Below, in pieces: positions 30,177 through 32,000 of a stretch of DNA of 32,000 bases. This DNA comes from Pseudomonas aeruginosa (GTDB lineage: Bacteria; Pseudomonadota; Gammaproteobacteria; Pseudomonadales; Pseudomonadaceae). The DNA lies in NCBI RefSeq assembly GCF_001457615.1, contig NZ_LN831024.1, forward strand, positions 3,000,001-3,032,000, given 5' to 3'. Each line of letters begins with the position of its first letter. Positions within the stretch are counted from its first letter, which is position 1. Made by a program: the position numbers and the translations under genes. Under the pieces are notes generated by a model. The model saw nothing but the letters and a program-made list of their open reading frames with translations, was not told where the DNA came from and did no database searches.

Positions 30177-31642
30177 CAGGCTTTCTTCTCGTCGCTGGCG
30201 GGGGCGCGACCGTATATGTCGTTGAAGCGGACGATGTCGTCCTCGCCGAGGTACTCGCCGCTCTGTACCTCGATCATCACCAGGTCGATGATCCCCGGGT
30301 TGCTCAGGCGGTGGCTATGCCCGGCGGGGATGAAGGTGGATTCGTTGGTGTTGAGGAGAAACTCGCGCTCGCCATTCTCCACCAGCGCCATGCCGCTGAC
30401 CACGATCCAGTGCTCGCTGCGATGGTGGTGCATCTGCAACGACAGCGAAGCCTTGGGGCGCACCACGATGCGCTTGATCTTGAAGCGGCGGCCTTCCTCG
30501 AGCACGGTGTAGGTGCCCCAGGGCCGGCTGACCGTGCGGTGCAGGCGGAAGGCGTCGTGGCCGCGACGCTTGAGTTCCTGGGCGACGAACTTGACGTCCT
30601 GGCTGCGCGCCGCGTCGGCCACCAGCAGGGCGTCGGGGGTGTCGACGATGATCAGGTCGTGCACGCCGACGGCGCCGACCAGGCGCTTCGGCGAATCGAT
30701 GTAGCAGTTGCTGACGTCGTGCAGCACGCTCTCGCCGCGTACCTGGTTGCCGTTCTCGTCCGCCGCGCTGAGTTCGCGCAGCGCCTGCCAGGAGCCGATG
30801 TCGCTCCAGCCGATGGAGCAGGGCACCACGGCGACCTTGTCCGAGCGCTCCATCAGCGCGTAGTCGACGGAGATGTCCGGCGCCTCGGCGAAGGCCCCGG
30901 CGGCCAGCTCGCGCTGGCGGCACTGGCCGTTCTCCAGGCTGCTGCCGTCGGCCAGGGCGGCGCGGGCGGCGATCAGCACCTCCGGCGCGTGGCGCTCCAG
31001 TTCCTGCAACACGGTGGCGGCCTGGAAGCAGAACATGCCGGCGTTCCACAGGTACTTGCCGCTGTCCAGGTAGGACTGGGCGGTGGCCTGGTCGGGTTTC
31101 TCGACGAAGCGTGCGACCCGGAAGCCGTTGCCCAGCGGGGCGCCCTGTTCGATATAGCCGAAGCCGGTCTCGGCGCGCTCCGGGGTGATGCCGAAGGTCA
31201 CCAGGTAGCCTTGGGCCGCGAGTCCGCGAGCCTCGGCCACCGCCGCGGCGAAGGCCTGCTCGTCGCGGATCAGGTGGTCGGCGGGAAGGATCAGCAACTG
31301 CGCCTGGTCGCCGAAGTGCTCCTGCACATGCAGCGCGGCGGCGGCGATGGCCGGCGCGGTATTGCGTCCCATCGGCTCCAGCAGCAGGTCCTGGGCCAGG
31401 CCGCTGCGGTTGACCGCGCGGTAGTCGTCCAGGGTACGGAACAGCAGATCGCGGTTGGTCACCGTGAGCAGGCGGGCGACGTCCGGCAGCCCGGCGATAC
31501 GCAGGAAGGTCTTCTGCAACAGGCTCTGGTCATCGGCCAGGCGCATGAAGGGTTTCGGCATGCTCTCCCGGGAAACCGGCCACAGGCGGGTCCCGGAACC
31601 GCCGGAAACGATGCAGGGGATCAGCGGGGCGACGGCGTTCAT
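30176..31642 (-). CDS. pslB: PslB, bifunctional phosphomannose isomerase/GDP-mannose pyrophosphorylase (488 aa)
   Basis: [35 protein letters not shown] nucleotidyltransferase motif; C-terminal cupin HHHRSEHWIVVSGMALVENG. ATG 31642 overlaps the pslA stop. Confidence 0.96.
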   Translation of the reverse strand: MNAVAPLIPCIVSGGSGTRLWPVSRESMPKPFMRLADDQSLLQKTFLRIAGLPDVARLLTVTNRDLLFRTLDDYRAVNRSGLAQDLLLEPMGRNTAPAIAAAALHVQEHFGDQAQLLILPADHLIRDEQAFAAAVAEARGLAAQGYLVTFGITPERAETGFGYIEQGAPLGNGFRVARFVEKPDQATAQSYLDSGKYLWNAGMFCFQAATVLQELERHAPEVLIAARAALADGSSLENGQCRQRELAAGAFAEAPDISVDYALMERSDKVAVVPCSIGWSDIGSWQALRELSAADENGNQVRGESVLHDVSNCYIDSPKRLVGAVGVHDLIIVDTPDALLVADAARSQDVKFVAQELKRRGHDAFRLHRTVSRPWGTYTVLEEGRRFKIKRIVVRPKASLSLQMHHHRSEHWIVVSGMALVENGEREFLLNTNESTFIPAGHSHRLSNPGIIDLVMIEVQSGEYLGEDDIVRFNDIYGRAPASDEKKA

Positions 31643-32000
31643 CAGTAGACTTCCTTGGTCAGGAGTACGGCTGGCACCGTACGGAACAGGATGTAGAGGT
31701 CGAACCACACCGACCACTTGGCGATGTATTCGAGGTCGTATTCCACGCGTTTCTTGATCTTGTGCAGGGTGTCGGTCTCACCCCGGTAGCCGTTGATCTG
31801 CGCCCAGCCGGTGATGCCGGGCTTGACCCGGTGGCGCGAGCTGTATTCGCTGACCGCCTCCTCGAAGGGAATGCCGGCGGCCTTGGTCGCGGTGGCGTGG
31901 GGGCGCGGGCCGACCATCGACATGCTGCCGGCGAGCACGTTGAACAGCTGCGGCAGCTCGTCGATGCTGGTCTTGCGGATGAAGCGGCCGACCCGGGTGA
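31642..32000 (-). CDS. pslA: PslA, undecaprenyl-phosphate glucose/galactose phosphotransferase, C-terminal part (runs off window end)
   Basis: [88 protein letters not shown]; WcaJ/WbaP-family C-terminus. Confidence 0.95.
   Translation of the reverse strand, partial: TRVGRFIRKTSIDELPQLFNVLAGSMSMVGPRPHATATKAAGIPFEEAVSEYSSRHRVKPGITGWAQINGYRGETDTLHKIKKRVEYDLEYIAKWSVWFDLYILFRTVPAVLLTKEVY

Overview
This 32 kb window has the sequence and gene order of the Pseudomonas aeruginosa chromosome between ptxR and pslA. I recognised this from protein sequences and synteny; no database search was run. Left to right it contains: the 3' end of ptxR (+); pvcD-C-B-A (-), for isocyanide/paerucumarin-type biosynthesis; L-asparaginase ansA (-); an AGCS-type Na+/amino-acid symporter (-), split by a frameshift; an XRE-like HTH regulator (+); lpdV-bkdB-bkdA2-bkdA1 (-), the branched-chain keto-acid dehydrogenase operon; bkdR (+); a small basic/coiled-coil protein annotated pslO in PAO1 (+); a topoisomerase IB annotated pslN (-); an FAD dehydrogenase annotated pslM (-); and pslL through pslA (-, pslA partial), the Psl exopolysaccharide operon. 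Most of it is well-described core genome and I see no convincing new multi-gene system. The best second looks are: (1) two identical 14-bp ACGT-core palindromes (GCGTAACGTTACGC) flanking a -10-like box just upstream of the small basic/coiled-coil gene; (2) a sigma70-like promoter with a palindrome over the likely start site for pslM, plus a hairpin after pslL, suggesting pslM/N/O are not part of the psl operon; (3) two single-base G/C-run contractions that frameshift pslG and the AGCS symporter, possibly sequence errors; (4) two 84-bp palindromic repeats between ptxR and pvcD, with a diverged copy of the ptxR 3' end between them and the pvcD stop codon inside one repeat; (5) a degenerate Walker A in the cytoplasmic domain of PslE.
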